Assembly (NCBI GenBank): GCA_016700015.1
Contig: CP064995.1
Span: 750,001-782,000 of the forward strand
Direction: 5' to 3'
Origin: Candidatus Saccharimonadota bacterium
Lineage (GTDB): Bacteria > Patescibacteriota > Saccharimonadia > Saccharimonadales > Saccharimonadaceae
Length of the DNA stretch: 32,000 nt
The notes beneath the pieces are model-generated. The model ran no database searches. It saw nothing but the letters and a program-made list of their open reading frames with translations, and had not been told where the DNA came from. Shown here piece by piece: positions 14,462 to 21,155 of the stretch (position 1 is the first letter of the stretch; every line of letters starts with the position of its first letter). A program made the position numbers and the translations under genes.

Positions 14462-15052
14462 TTAGCTGGTAATAGTAGCCTCTCGACCGAGTCGTGTTTC
14501 GATTGGTGTGTAGCGCACGAATCGATCAGCATCATAAAGGCCTGCGAGAGTGCCGGGGTCCATGACGACAAGTGGCTGGCCATCGCCAAGCACGCTCAGT
14601 GTCGTATGACTATCGAGCGCTACAAAGCTATGGGCGGGTCGGTCATCCCCTGGCCGCTTGGCATAGTAGAACTTGCTAGGCACGAGCGTGTCGGTCGTAC
14701 GGATTGTCCCTGTTTCAAGCACCAAATGCTGATAGTCAAGCGCTGGGAGTAAGCCCGTGTCTAGGCGGCCCGCTAGCGCGAACGGTAGCGTGTGACAGTT
14801 GTAGGCAGGTGCGTGCACGGGGCTCAAAGCGCGCGTTTGCGCGAAATAGCCCACCGCACGCCGTGCCATCTCATCTGCGAGTGAAATAGTTCGGACGTGG
14901 CGTTCGCCCAGCTGATAATACTGGTAGCCACCCTCATGATCCCATATAGGTTCACCTCCGCTACGGAGACCCACTACCCATTGACCATCAATCTGCCCAA
15001 GCTGCTGGTGGACACCGACGACAGGTTTGAGGAATAGTTCCAACTGTGCCAT
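14462..15052 (-). CDS. Hypothetical protein (contains YNCHT motif; possible papain-like/LRAT-like fold, very tentative)
   Basis: 196-aa ORF with clean protein-like sequence. TGATATAAT (15061-15069) lies 8 nt upstream of the ATG. I recognise no family confidently. Confidence 0.7.
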   Translation of the reverse strand: MAQLELFLKPVVGVHQQLGQIDGQWVVGLRSGGEPIWDHEGGYQYYQLGERHVRTISLADEMARRAVGYFAQTRALSPVHAPAYNCHTLPFALAGRLDTGLLPALDYQHLVLETGTIRTTDTLVPSKFYYAKRPGDDRPAHSFVALDSHTTLSVLGDGQPLVVMDPGTLAGLYDADRFVRYTPIETRLGREATITS

Positions 15053-15060
15053 ATCTCTAT

Positions 15061-15069
15061 ATTATATCA
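15061..15069 (-). promoter_or_regulatory. Extended -10 box TGATATAAT, 8 nt upstream of ATG 15052
   Basis: The reverse complement of attatatca is TGATATAAT. Read directly. Confidence 0.45.
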
Positions 15070-15078
15070 CAGTTGGTA

Positions 15079-15174
15079 CTAATAGTCAATCTGCGCGGAC
15101 TGGTCAACACCCTTCATGGTGAGGCTCAGGCGGCCACGCTCGTCGATGCTAGTCAGCAACACGTTGAAGTGACG
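15079..15174 (-). pseudogene. Orphan remnant of a pnp 3' end (last ~25 codons plus a 6-codon extension and stop)
   Basis: 15100-15170 aligns by hand to 15654-15724 (the true pnp 3' end) at about 80% identity (56/70). The remnant translates to RHFNVLLTSIDERGRLSLTMKGVDQSAQIDY*, against pnp ...KVLLTGIDERGRLSLTMKGVDQ*. Within the last 21 aligned codons the differences are nearly all synonymous. Confidence 0.7.
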
Positions 15175-15189
15175 TTATATGCGCGAGCG

Positions 15190-15198
15190 TGATAAAAT
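15190..15198 (+). promoter_or_regulatory. Extended -10 box TGATAAAAT, 6 nt upstream of ATG 15205 (leaderless geometry)
   Basis: Read directly as tgataaaat caaatt ATG. Confidence 0.45.
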
Positions 15199-15204
15199 CA
15201 AATT

Positions 15205-15597
15205 ATGGCAAAAGCTATACCGTTATATCGCTACTATAAGACAGAAACAGGCATTCTGCTTGTGGTAATTTTGATTAATATTGCTAGTCTCTTTCAACAT
15301 CCCCGACACTTCTCATTTGCGGTAATAGTTTTAGGTATTTCCTGTATCCTCGGTTTGACACAAAATAAGAATTTATTAAAGAAAAAACGATTCCGAAAAG
15401 CAGTCTACTTATCCCTTGCTTTTTCTTGCTTATTGATTTTACTCTACACGTACTGGTCTGTACTAGGACCAAGCGGATGTAGTGCGTTCTTTGGAGATCG
15501 CATATCTTGCTACGATACGTTTGGGTATTATGCCTCAGAATTAGTTTTTGTTCCACTAATCTTACTTTTTATTACGTATCCTCTTCGTGGAAAATGA
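15205..15597 (+). CDS. Low-GC integral membrane protein of unknown function (about 4 TM helices)
   Basis: 130 aa with hydrophobic runs (GILLVVILINIASLF, FAVIVLGISCILGL, VYLSLAFSCLLILLY, LVFVPLILLFITY). About 38-40% GC against ~50% in the flanks. It is one of the few plus-strand genes in this stretch and is followed by a strong hairpin. Confidence 0.7.
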   Translation: MAKAIPLYRYYKTETGILLVVILINIASLFQHPRHFSFAVIVLGISCILGLTQNKNLLKKKRFRKAVYLSLAFSCLLILLYTYWSVLGPSGCSAFFGDRISCYDTFGYYASELVFVPLILLFITYPLRGK

Positions 15598-15603
15598 CGT
15601 ATG

Positions 15604-15640
15604 AAAAATGTCCCGAGCGTGCCCGGGACATTTTATTATT
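15604..15640. terminator. Bidirectional rho-independent terminator between the 15205-15597 ORF and pnp
   Basis: An 11-bp perfect stem, aaaatgtcccg (15605-15615) with cgggacatttt (15624-15634), and an 8-nt loop. An A-tract and a T-tract flank it, so a U-run follows on both strands. Confidence 0.75.
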
Positions 15641-15650
15641 CACGCTATAA

Positions 15651-17765
15651 CTACTGGTCAACACCTTTCATCGTCAGGCTCAAGCGGCCGCGTTCGTCGA
15701 TACCGGTCAGTAGCACTTTCACGATTTGGCCTTCCTTTAGTACATCTTCTACCTTTTCGACACGCTTGTCGGAAAGCTGCGAAATATGCACCATGCCATC
15801 GGTCCCGGGCATGATGTTCACAAAGGCACCGAAGTCTTTAATAGTGACAACCTTGCCGGTGTAGACTTTACCGACTTCTGGCTCTTCGGTCAGACCGCGG
15901 ATCCAGTCGAGCGCTCGCTCGATGCTAGCGGTGTCGCTGCTGGCAACTGTGATGAGACCATCATCTTTGATGTCGATCATGGCACCGGTTTCAGCCGTAA
16001 TCTTGTTGATCACTTCCCCGCCCTTACCAATCACTGCACCAATCTTTTCTGGATTGATCTTGATCTTTTCGATACGCGGTGCATACGGGCTTAGCGCTTC
16101 CCGTGGACCAGCAAGTGTTGAGAGCATGTGATCGAGAATGTATTTGCGGCCCGGTGTGCTTTTGCGAATCGCTTCGGCAAGTACTTCTACCGGCAGCCCG
16201 TGGAGTTTCATGTCCATCTGCACAGCTGTGACACCGCTAGCGGTACCAGTGACCTTGAAGTCCATGTCGCCGGCAAAATCCTCGGCATCGGCAATATCAC
16301 TTAGCACGTAGGCTTTGTCGCCATCCATCATCAGCCCCATAGCAATACCGCTAACTGGTGCCTTTAGGGGCACACCAGCGTCCATAAGGGCGAGGCACGA
16401 GCTACAGGTAGCAGCCATGCTGGTGCTACCGTTTTGGCTCATGATTTCGGTGACGCTACGGATTGCGTACGGGAATTCTTCTTCACTTGGCAATACTGGA
16501 ATCAATGCGCGCTCAGCCAAGTAGCCGTGGCCGATTTCGCGTCGTCCCGGACTACCAAGGCGACGAACTTCGCCGACCGTATAGCCTGGGGCATTGTAGT
16601 GGTGCATGTAGCGGCGCTCGCCGTCAGTGATTTCCATGGTATCAACCATCTGGGCAAAGCTCAGCGGCGCTAGGGTGACGATGTTCATCCCTTGGGTGAC
16701 ACCGCGGGTAAACAGGCTGCTCCCATGCGCGCGTGGCAAAAGCCCGACTTCGCTACTAAGGGTGCGGATATCATCGAGACCACGACCATCAGGCCGTTTA
16801 CCATCGGCGACAATACCCTTGCGAACATCTTTGTGAACTGCCATCGTAAAGGCTTCGTCGTATTCATCTTTCACGTCAGCGTAGGTTTCACCTACCTTTT
16901 CGGTCATGGCTTCATGGAATGCCCAGCGGAGTTCATTGACCATCTCGTTGCGCTCCGGGTATGGCGCACGGATCTTTTCGCCCAATTTGCCATCAACCCA
17001 TGCATCAACCGCCGCTTGGATGTCTTCATTTGGCAGCACCAGCGTGTATTCCTGTGCGACAGGAGCAACTTTTGCAGCAAGTTCACGCTGCAAAGCGATT
17101 GCAGGCTGCAGGGCTTTTTGCGCCCAGGCAATACCGTCTATAACCACTTCTTCGTCAACTTCATTGGCACCAGCTTCAACCATCGTGACACCGCTTTCAA
17201 TACCAGCTACCACGAGGTCGAGGTCGCTAGCCGCACGCTCTTCGGCAGTCAAGAATGCCTTAAATTCGCCGGCCACACGACCAACACGCAGACCAGCCAC
17301 TGGACCATCAAATGGCGTACCAGTCAGCATGAGCGCGCTACTGGCAGCGATCATTGCCACCATGTCGGGACGGAAATTCGGATCCATGCTCAGCACACTG
17401 CTGACCACCTGGACTTCTTGGCGATAGCCCTTTGGAAAGAGTGGGCGGATAGGGCGGTCGATCAAGCGGCCAATCAAAATCGCTTCGTCACTTGGGCGGC
17501 CTTCGCGCTTGATAAAGCGACTACCGCTGATTTTGCCGGCTGCATACATTTTTTCTTCGTAGTCGATGCTCAGGGGGAAATAGTCGAGTACAACAGGCTT
17601 AGTACCAACCATCGCCGTGCCGAGCACCACCGTGTCACCGTAGGTAACGAGCACACTGGCGGTGGTGCGAAAGCCCACACGGTTGACTTCGAGTGTTAAT
17701 TTCTTGCCGCAAAAATCGGTAGAAACGGCAATAATATCCTTGCCATTAGGGTTAATGATAGACAT
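15651..17765 (-). CDS. pnp: Polyribonucleotide nucleotidyltransferase (PNPase)
   Basis: 704 aa with two RNase PH domains, a KH domain (KIGAVIGKGGEVINKI) and a C-terminal S1 domain (GKVVTIKDFGAFVNIMPGTDGMVHISQL). AAGGAG Shine-Dalgarno upstream. Confidence 0.97.
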   Translation of the reverse strand: MSIINPNGKDIIAVSTDFCGKKLTLEVNRVGFRTTASVLVTYGDTVVLGTAMVGTKPVVLDYFPLSIDYEEKMYAAGKISGSRFIKREGRPSDEAILIGRLIDRPIRPLFPKGYRQEVQVVSSVLSMDPNFRPDMVAMIAASSALMLTGTPFDGPVAGLRVGRVAGEFKAFLTAEERAASDLDLVVAGIESGVTMVEAGANEVDEEVVIDGIAWAQKALQPAIALQRELAAKVAPVAQEYTLVLPNEDIQAAVDAWVDGKLGEKIRAPYPERNEMVNELRWAFHEAMTEKVGETYADVKDEYDEAFTMAVHKDVRKGIVADGKRPDGRGLDDIRTLSSEVGLLPRAHGSSLFTRGVTQGMNIVTLAPLSFAQMVDTMEITDGERRYMHHYNAPGYTVGEVRRLGSPGRREIGHGYLAERALIPVLPSEEEFPYAIRSVTEIMSQNGSTSMAATCSSCLALMDAGVPLKAPVSGIAMGLMMDGDKAYVLSDIADAEDFAGDMDFKVTGTASGVTAVQMDMKLHGLPVEVLAEAIRKSTPGRKYILDHMLSTLAGPREALSPYAPRIEKIKINPEKIGAVIGKGGEVINKITAETGAMIDIKDDGLITVASSDTASIERALDWIRGLTEEPEVGKVYTGKVVTIKDFGAFVNIMPGTDGMVHISQLSDKRVEKVEDVLKEGQIVKVLLTGIDERGRLSLTMKGVDQ

Positions 17766-17860
17766 ATAGTGTCTCCTTTCTAAAGTGTAGAGAGTAACAG
17801 GTAGTAATTCGCCTACGTCGAACTTCTATCTATCACCATCCACACGTGTTTTCACTTTGT

Positions 17861-17869
17861 AGTATAGCA
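17861..17869 (-). promoter_or_regulatory. Extended -10 box TGCTATACT upstream of pnp (predicts ~90-nt leader)
   Basis: The reverse complement of agtatagca is TGCTATACT. It lies in the 163-nt intergenic region. Confidence 0.4.
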
Positions 17870-17880
17870 AAGAATCTCAT

Positions 17881-17903
17881 AAAAAGGGAGAGGCCTCTAC
17901 TCC
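17881..17903 (-). terminator. Candidate rho-independent terminator after the 17929-18438 gene
   Basis: The minus strand reads GGAGTAGAGGCCTCTCC followed by CTTTTTAT. That is a 6-bp GC-rich stem with one bulge and a GGCC loop, then a U-run. Confidence 0.4.
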
Positions 17904-17928
17904 GAAGGCGCGGCATCATATCTGTTAG

Positions 17929-18438
17929 CTACTGCAGTTCAATGGGTGTGCATAGCGACGCTAAATCATCGGCACTATTGATACCAATCCCATACGGGCT
18001 GTTAGTAGACTTGAGCAATGTGACGTGAGGCTGGCTTAGGCGGATCGCAGGATCAAATCTATCACGCATTGCCCTTTCAAGCGCGCGAAGACCTACAATC
18101 TCAACACTACCTATTAGTGTCATTTGCGTCTCTCCCGCCTGATTGGGCTTACGACATACGTAGTAGTCACCCGTCAGCCCGGCCCACCTGAACTCATGGT
18201 CCTGCTCGGCAAAATATTCCTGCAAAAAGGTGACTAATTCGGCTTCTTTCGCAGCATCGCCCCGTGCGAGTGCACGAAGTTTTGCGATCGATACATGATA
18301 TTCTTCTTTCGGAAGTAGCTCGGTGCCGTCAATCACTAGCGGAGAGATGGCTGGCACACTGTGCGTCACATCAAGCATAGCATAGCCTTTCAGCCCGCCG
18401 TCATACCATACATCTCGCCCAAGTTCTTGCCGACTCAT
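17929..18438 (-). CDS. 2H phosphoesterase-like protein (second, divergent copy)
   Basis: 169 aa with H-x-S-x (YHVSI) and H-x-T-x (PHVTLL) motifs about 90 residues apart. A TACACT -10-like box lies 6 nt upstream of ATG 18438. Confidence 0.5.
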   Translation of the reverse strand: MSRQELGRDVWYDGGLKGYAMLDVTHSVPAISPLVIDGTELLPKEEYHVSIAKLRALARGDAAKEAELVTFLQEYFAEQDHEFRWAGLTGDYYVCRKPNQAGETQMTLIGSVEIVGLRALERAMRDRFDPAIRLSQPHVTLLKSTNSPYGIGINSADDLASLCTPIELQ

Positions 18439-18642
18439 ATAGCTAGTGTACTACGTAAATATATACTCGATCACTTCATCGCCGCGGCGAGAAAGGTTGG
18501 TAATACCGTCAAGTTGTTCTGAATTCCCACCTGTATTGTCTTGTGAATTCATGATACTTTTGTTTATTATATCAGATAGATGCAAATAATGCAACAATTC
18601 GCTGTGATTTATAAGGTTTTTTACTACTTTTGGCTAGTAGCG

Positions 18643-18648
18643 TACAAT
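18643..18648 (+). promoter_or_regulatory. -10 box TACAAT, 6 nt upstream of hpt ATG 18655 (leaderless geometry)
   Basis: Read directly as tacaat agcact ATG. A possible -35 TTTACT lies 17 nt upstream. Confidence 0.45.
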
Positions 18649-18654
18649 AGCACT

Positions 18655-19239
18655 ATGAACGAGCGCTATCGCCTGCTCTTGGACCGAGATGAAGTCAATC
18701 AGCGGATTAGCGAGCTGGCGCGGCGCATCGTTGTTGATCATTTCGACGATGATCCGCTTTTCGTCGGACTCCTGCGCGGTGCCGCCCCTTTTGCAAGTAA
18801 ACTCATGTTTGAAATCGCTCGGCAGCCCGCCGGACTGCACCCTGAGCTTGACTACATGATGGTTAGTACCTACGGTTCATCGCACCACGCCGGTGAACCA
18901 CGCATTGTCACCGACCTTTCACCAACAACAGTGGTCTATGATCGCAAGGTCATCATCGTGGATGACGTGCTTGATCGTGGCATCACTGCAGAGTACGTCA
19001 CGCGACACCTACAGGGGCTTGGCGCCGTCAGTATTGAACTAGCCGTGCTTGCACAGAAAAATGTCGAGCGGGCATACCCTATCGAACCAACCTACTGCGG
19101 CTTCAATGCTGGCGACAAATGGCTAGTCGGTATGGGAATGGATGATGCTCAGAGTGGCAACGAACACTATCGCTGGCTTGAAGAGGTGTGGGAAATCAAG
19201 CGCGACGATACACCGCCGCAGCTGGCGCTACTTGGCTAA
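18655..19239 (+). CDS. hpt: Hypoxanthine(-guanine) phosphoribosyltransferase
   Basis: Start set at MNERYRLLLDRDEVNQRISELARRI. PRPP-binding motif KVIIVDDVLDRGIT. The track start at 18580 adds a 25-residue hydrophobic junk extension. Confidence 0.85.
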   Translation: MNERYRLLLDRDEVNQRISELARRIVVDHFDDDPLFVGLLRGAAPFASKLMFEIARQPAGLHPELDYMMVSTYGSSHHAGEPRIVTDLSPTTVVYDRKVIIVDDVLDRGITAEYVTRHLQGLGAVSIELAVLAQKNVERAYPIEPTYCGFNAGDKWLVGMGMDDAQSGNEHYRWLEEVWEIKRDDTPPQLALLG

Positions 19240-19698
19240 GTTGATGCAGGAAATTGTCGCCGATACAGGACCGAGCTCTACCAGTTCGCCAACTTTTTTT
19301 GCTATGAGCTGTTTTGCAATTGGCGCGTGGCAGCTCACCCATATCACGCCATCGCTATGTTGACCCGCCTTGTGCGTCCAATCACCAGCAATCATATAGC
19401 GCTTGCCGTCGCTCAGCACGACTGTATCGCCAATACCCACAGTTCCCCGCTTCTTTTTAGGTGTCTGCAGGGTGCTCGCACGAATAAGACTACGTAGCTT
19501 GTGTAGTTCTGCCGCTAGCATTGACTGTTTGTCGCGCACTGCTTCAAACGGCGAATTGTCGTGCCAAGTCTCGCTACTTTGGGTAAATGCGTCTTGAAAG
19601 TCTACCCCAAGGTCTTGGATTTCTTTCTCAAGCGTCGCGATACGCTGCTGGGCGTAGGCGCGATCTTCTGGCAATAAGTAAATTTCATGCTTCATCAA
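19228..19698 (-). CDS. GreA/GreB-family transcription elongation factor-like protein
   Basis: 156 aa. N-terminal coiled coil (QQRIATLEKEIQDL ... SETWHDNSPFEAVRDKQSMLAAELHKL) and a C-terminal FKBP-like domain (IGDTVVL ... VSCHAPIAKQLIAKKVGELVEL). AAGGAG Shine-Dalgarno upstream. Overlaps the hpt 3' end by 12 nt. Confidence 0.7.
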   Translation of the reverse strand: MMKHEIYLLPEDRAYAQQRIATLEKEIQDLGVDFQDAFTQSSETWHDNSPFEAVRDKQSMLAAELHKLRSLIRASTLQTPKKKRGTVGIGDTVVLSDGKRYMIAGDWTHKAGQHSDGVIWVSCHAPIAKQLIAKKVGELVELGPVSATISCINLAK

Positions 19699-19763
19699 TA
19701 AGCTCCTTTATATATAAGAGGCTATTGATCCGGCTCGTCCGGATGTAGCGCGATAATTGTTCC

Positions 19764-19772
19764 ATTATACCA
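19764..19772 (-). promoter_or_regulatory. Extended -10 box TGGTATAAT for the GreA-like gene
   Basis: The reverse complement of attatacca is TGGTATAAT, immediately downstream of the rpsO terminator. Confidence 0.45.
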
Positions 19773-19799
19773 AAATCCGCCCTTTCGGGCGGGATTTTT
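19772..19799 (-). terminator. Rho-independent terminator of rpsO
   Basis: The minus strand reads aaaaatCCCGCCC-GAAA-GGGCGGattttgg. That is a GC stem with a GAAA tetraloop followed by a U-run, starting 6 nt after the rpsO stop. Confidence 0.75.
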
Positions 19800-19804
19800 G
19801 GCGG

Positions 19805-20071
19805 TTACTTGCGTAAACCTAGTTTGTCGAGCACTGCTTTGTAGGCTTCAAAGTCCGTATTTTCGAGGTATTTCAGCAATTTCTTGCGCTTGCCTACCAT
19901 CTGAATCAGCCCGCGGCGCGCCATGTGGTCGTGCTTGTTGGCTTTTAGATGTTCAGTCACCTCTTTGATACGAGCCGTCAAAATCGATACCTGAGCCTGC
20001 GGGCTCCCGACGTCGTTTTTGCCTACCTGAGTCAAAGCAATAGCTTTCGCTTTTTCATCTTTTGTTATCAT
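19805..20071 (-). CDS. rpsO: 30S ribosomal protein S15
   Basis: 88 aa. GSPQAQVSILTARIKEVTEHLKANKHDHMARRGLIQMVGKRKKLLKYL is the canonical S15 sequence. Confidence 0.95.
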   Translation of the reverse strand: MITKDEKAKAIALTQVGKNDVGSPQAQVSILTARIKEVTEHLKANKHDHMARRGLIQMVGKRKKLLKYLENTDFEAYKAVLDKLGLRK

Positions 20072-20079
20072 AATCAGCT

Positions 20080-20088
20080 ATTATAGCA
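20080..20088 (-). promoter_or_regulatory. Extended -10 box TGCTATAAT, 8 nt upstream of rpsO ATG
   Basis: The reverse complement of attatagca is TGCTATAAT. There is no Shine-Dalgarno in the 8-nt gap. Confidence 0.45.
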
Positions 20089-20116
20089 ATGTTTTGCGTA
20101 TTATTCAAGACAGCCA

Positions 20117-20145
20117 TTGTCACGTGCCTTCAATAGTTATATAGT
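20117..20145 (+). promoter_or_regulatory. Sigma-70-type promoter TTGTCA-17-TATAGT
   Basis: TTGTCA at 20117-20122, a 17-nt spacer, then TATAGT at 20140-20145. Read directly. Confidence 0.55.
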
Positions 20146-20181
20146 ATCACTCAATGGTCGTCTACAGACGGGAGTGAGAAG

Positions 20182-20409
20182 ATGTACCAGCAAGATCTTT
20201 ACATCCGGTGTCCCCGCAGCGCTTTTGAAGCAAACCTCTACCGGCTACGAATTGCTGCCGAATCGTGGGGGTTGGAGATGGAAGTCCTGCACGCGCGGGC
20301 GTTCCGTAACCCGCAGCGTTTGGGGGTACGTTCGAAAGAGGCCATCGTGAGACTCAGTGGCACCGACAGAAATGAGCTCACCGAGTTCGTCGCTGGGGTG
20401 CACTTCTAA
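20182..20409 (+). CDS. Small hypothetical protein (75 aa), stand-alone transcription unit
   Basis: GGGAG Shine-Dalgarno about 7 nt upstream of the ATG. MYQQDLYIRCPRSAFEANLYRLRIAAESWGLEMEVLHARAFRNPQRLGVRSKEAIVRLSGTDRNELTEFVAGVHF has an alternating strand/helix pattern. The other overlapping frames read as Arg/Ser/Thr-rich junk. A promoter lies upstream and a terminator 18 nt downstream. Confidence 0.5.
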   Translation: MYQQDLYIRCPRSAFEANLYRLRIAAESWGLEMEVLHARAFRNPQRLGVRSKEAIVRLSGTDRNELTEFVAGVHF

Positions 20410-20426
20410 CATCCCACCTCCCTTGA

Positions 20427-20468
20427 CCCGTAGTTTCTCCACAGCAGAGACTACGGGTGTTTTCTTTG
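20427..20468 (+). terminator. Rho-independent terminator of the small plus-strand unit
   Basis: Stem cccgtagt(tt)ctc (20427-20439) pairs with gagactacggg (20447-20457), with a 7-nt loop, followed by tgttttctttg. Confidence 0.7.
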
Positions 20469-20472
20469 TCTG

Positions 20473-21135
20473 CTACGTGGTGATACCAAGTGACTCAAGT
20501 GTCGAGGCTGCTTCGATATGCCAATCAGCGATGGCGGTGCGGCGCAACTGGCTGCAATACGCACCGGTGCCCAGTGCTTCGCCAATGTCAACGGCGAGAC
20601 TACGAATATAGGTACCACTGCTTACATGTGCACGGATTTTCAGCGCAGGATACTGATAATCAATCAGATCAAGTGAATATACCGTCACTGTGCGCTCTGG
20701 CATCTCGACAGCCTTGCCTTCACGGGCTAGTTTGTACGCCCGCTGACCATTGATTTTTATAGCGCTAAATACCGGTGGTTGCTGGACTATATCGCCTGTA
20801 AACTGCGTTAATACTTGTACTATGCGCTCACGTGATAGCTGCTCGGCCGATACCTCTGTTAGCTCGCCTTCTGGGTCGCCCGTCGTGCTCAACTGCCCTA
20901 GCACAAACGTCGCCTCGTACACTTTGTCGAGTTTGCTATAGTTCATAGCATTTCGACATTCCTTACCGGTGACAAGAATCATTAGCCCAGTCGCAAACGG
21001 ATCGAGCGTACCTGTATGTCCTACCTTCACCTTTTTACCGGCTTGCTGGCTGAGTACGCGACGAACCCGCGCCACGACGCCAAAACTGGTCATGCCAGCT
21101 GGTTTATCAACCAAAATAATCGTATCGGTATACAT
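20473..21135 (-). CDS. truB: tRNA pseudouridine-55 synthase TruB
   Basis: 220 aa. LVDKPAGMTSFGVVARVRR and the catalytic-Asp motif KVGHTGTLDPFATGLMIL. Confidence 0.95.
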   Translation of the reverse strand: MYTDTIILVDKPAGMTSFGVVARVRRVLSQQAGKKVKVGHTGTLDPFATGLMILVTGKECRNAMNYSKLDKVYEATFVLGQLSTTGDPEGELTEVSAEQLSRERIVQVLTQFTGDIVQQPPVFSAIKINGQRAYKLAREGKAVEMPERTVTVYSLDLIDYQYPALKIRAHVSSGTYIRSLAVDIGEALGTGAYCSQLRRTAIADWHIEAASTLESLGITT

Positions 21136-21155
21136 ACGAGGATAATTATACCCTA

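Noticed and set aside
14350-14589. 79-aa minus-strand ORF spanning the gap between the 196-aa gene and the small ORFs.
   Set aside because: It overlaps the 3' end of the 14462-15052 gene out of frame and overlaps the better-supported 45-codon ORF and its promoter. Its sequence is not protein-like.
16692-17699. 335-aa plus-strand ORF inside pnp. Similar long antisense ORFs occur at 10507-11220, 9472-10017, 4006-4587, 21904-22443, 22425-22937, 7334-7741 and 4932-5450.
   Set aside because: All lie antisense to confidently identified conserved genes (pnp, rnj, efp/rpsR, the DHH-like gene, ftsK, ssb). Their translations are low-complexity or Arg/His/Cys-rich junk with no promoter or RBS context. 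They are typical shadow ORFs.
18479-18490. Perfect 12-bp palindrome TCGCCGCGGCGA in the divergent 2H-like/hpt promoter region, considered as an operator.
   Set aside because: Roughly 8 perfect 12-bp palindromes are expected by chance in 32 kb (32000 x 4^-6). There is no second copy or supporting context.
20150-20470. Possible RNase P RNA or tmRNA, suggested by GGAAGTCC (CR-I-like) and ACAGAAATGAGCTCA (CR-V-like) strings and a ~315-nt promoter-to-terminator unit.
   Set aside because: The two strings are only ~95 nt apart, against ~270 nt in bacterial RNase P. They cannot form the P4 pairing (AAG-CCUG would need CAGGCUU, which is not present). No CR-II/III/IV motifs are present. There is also no tRNA-like 3' end (T-arm GTTCRANYC plus CCA context) or tag ORF for tmRNA. 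The unit is kept only as a generic protein-or-RNA question in the findings.
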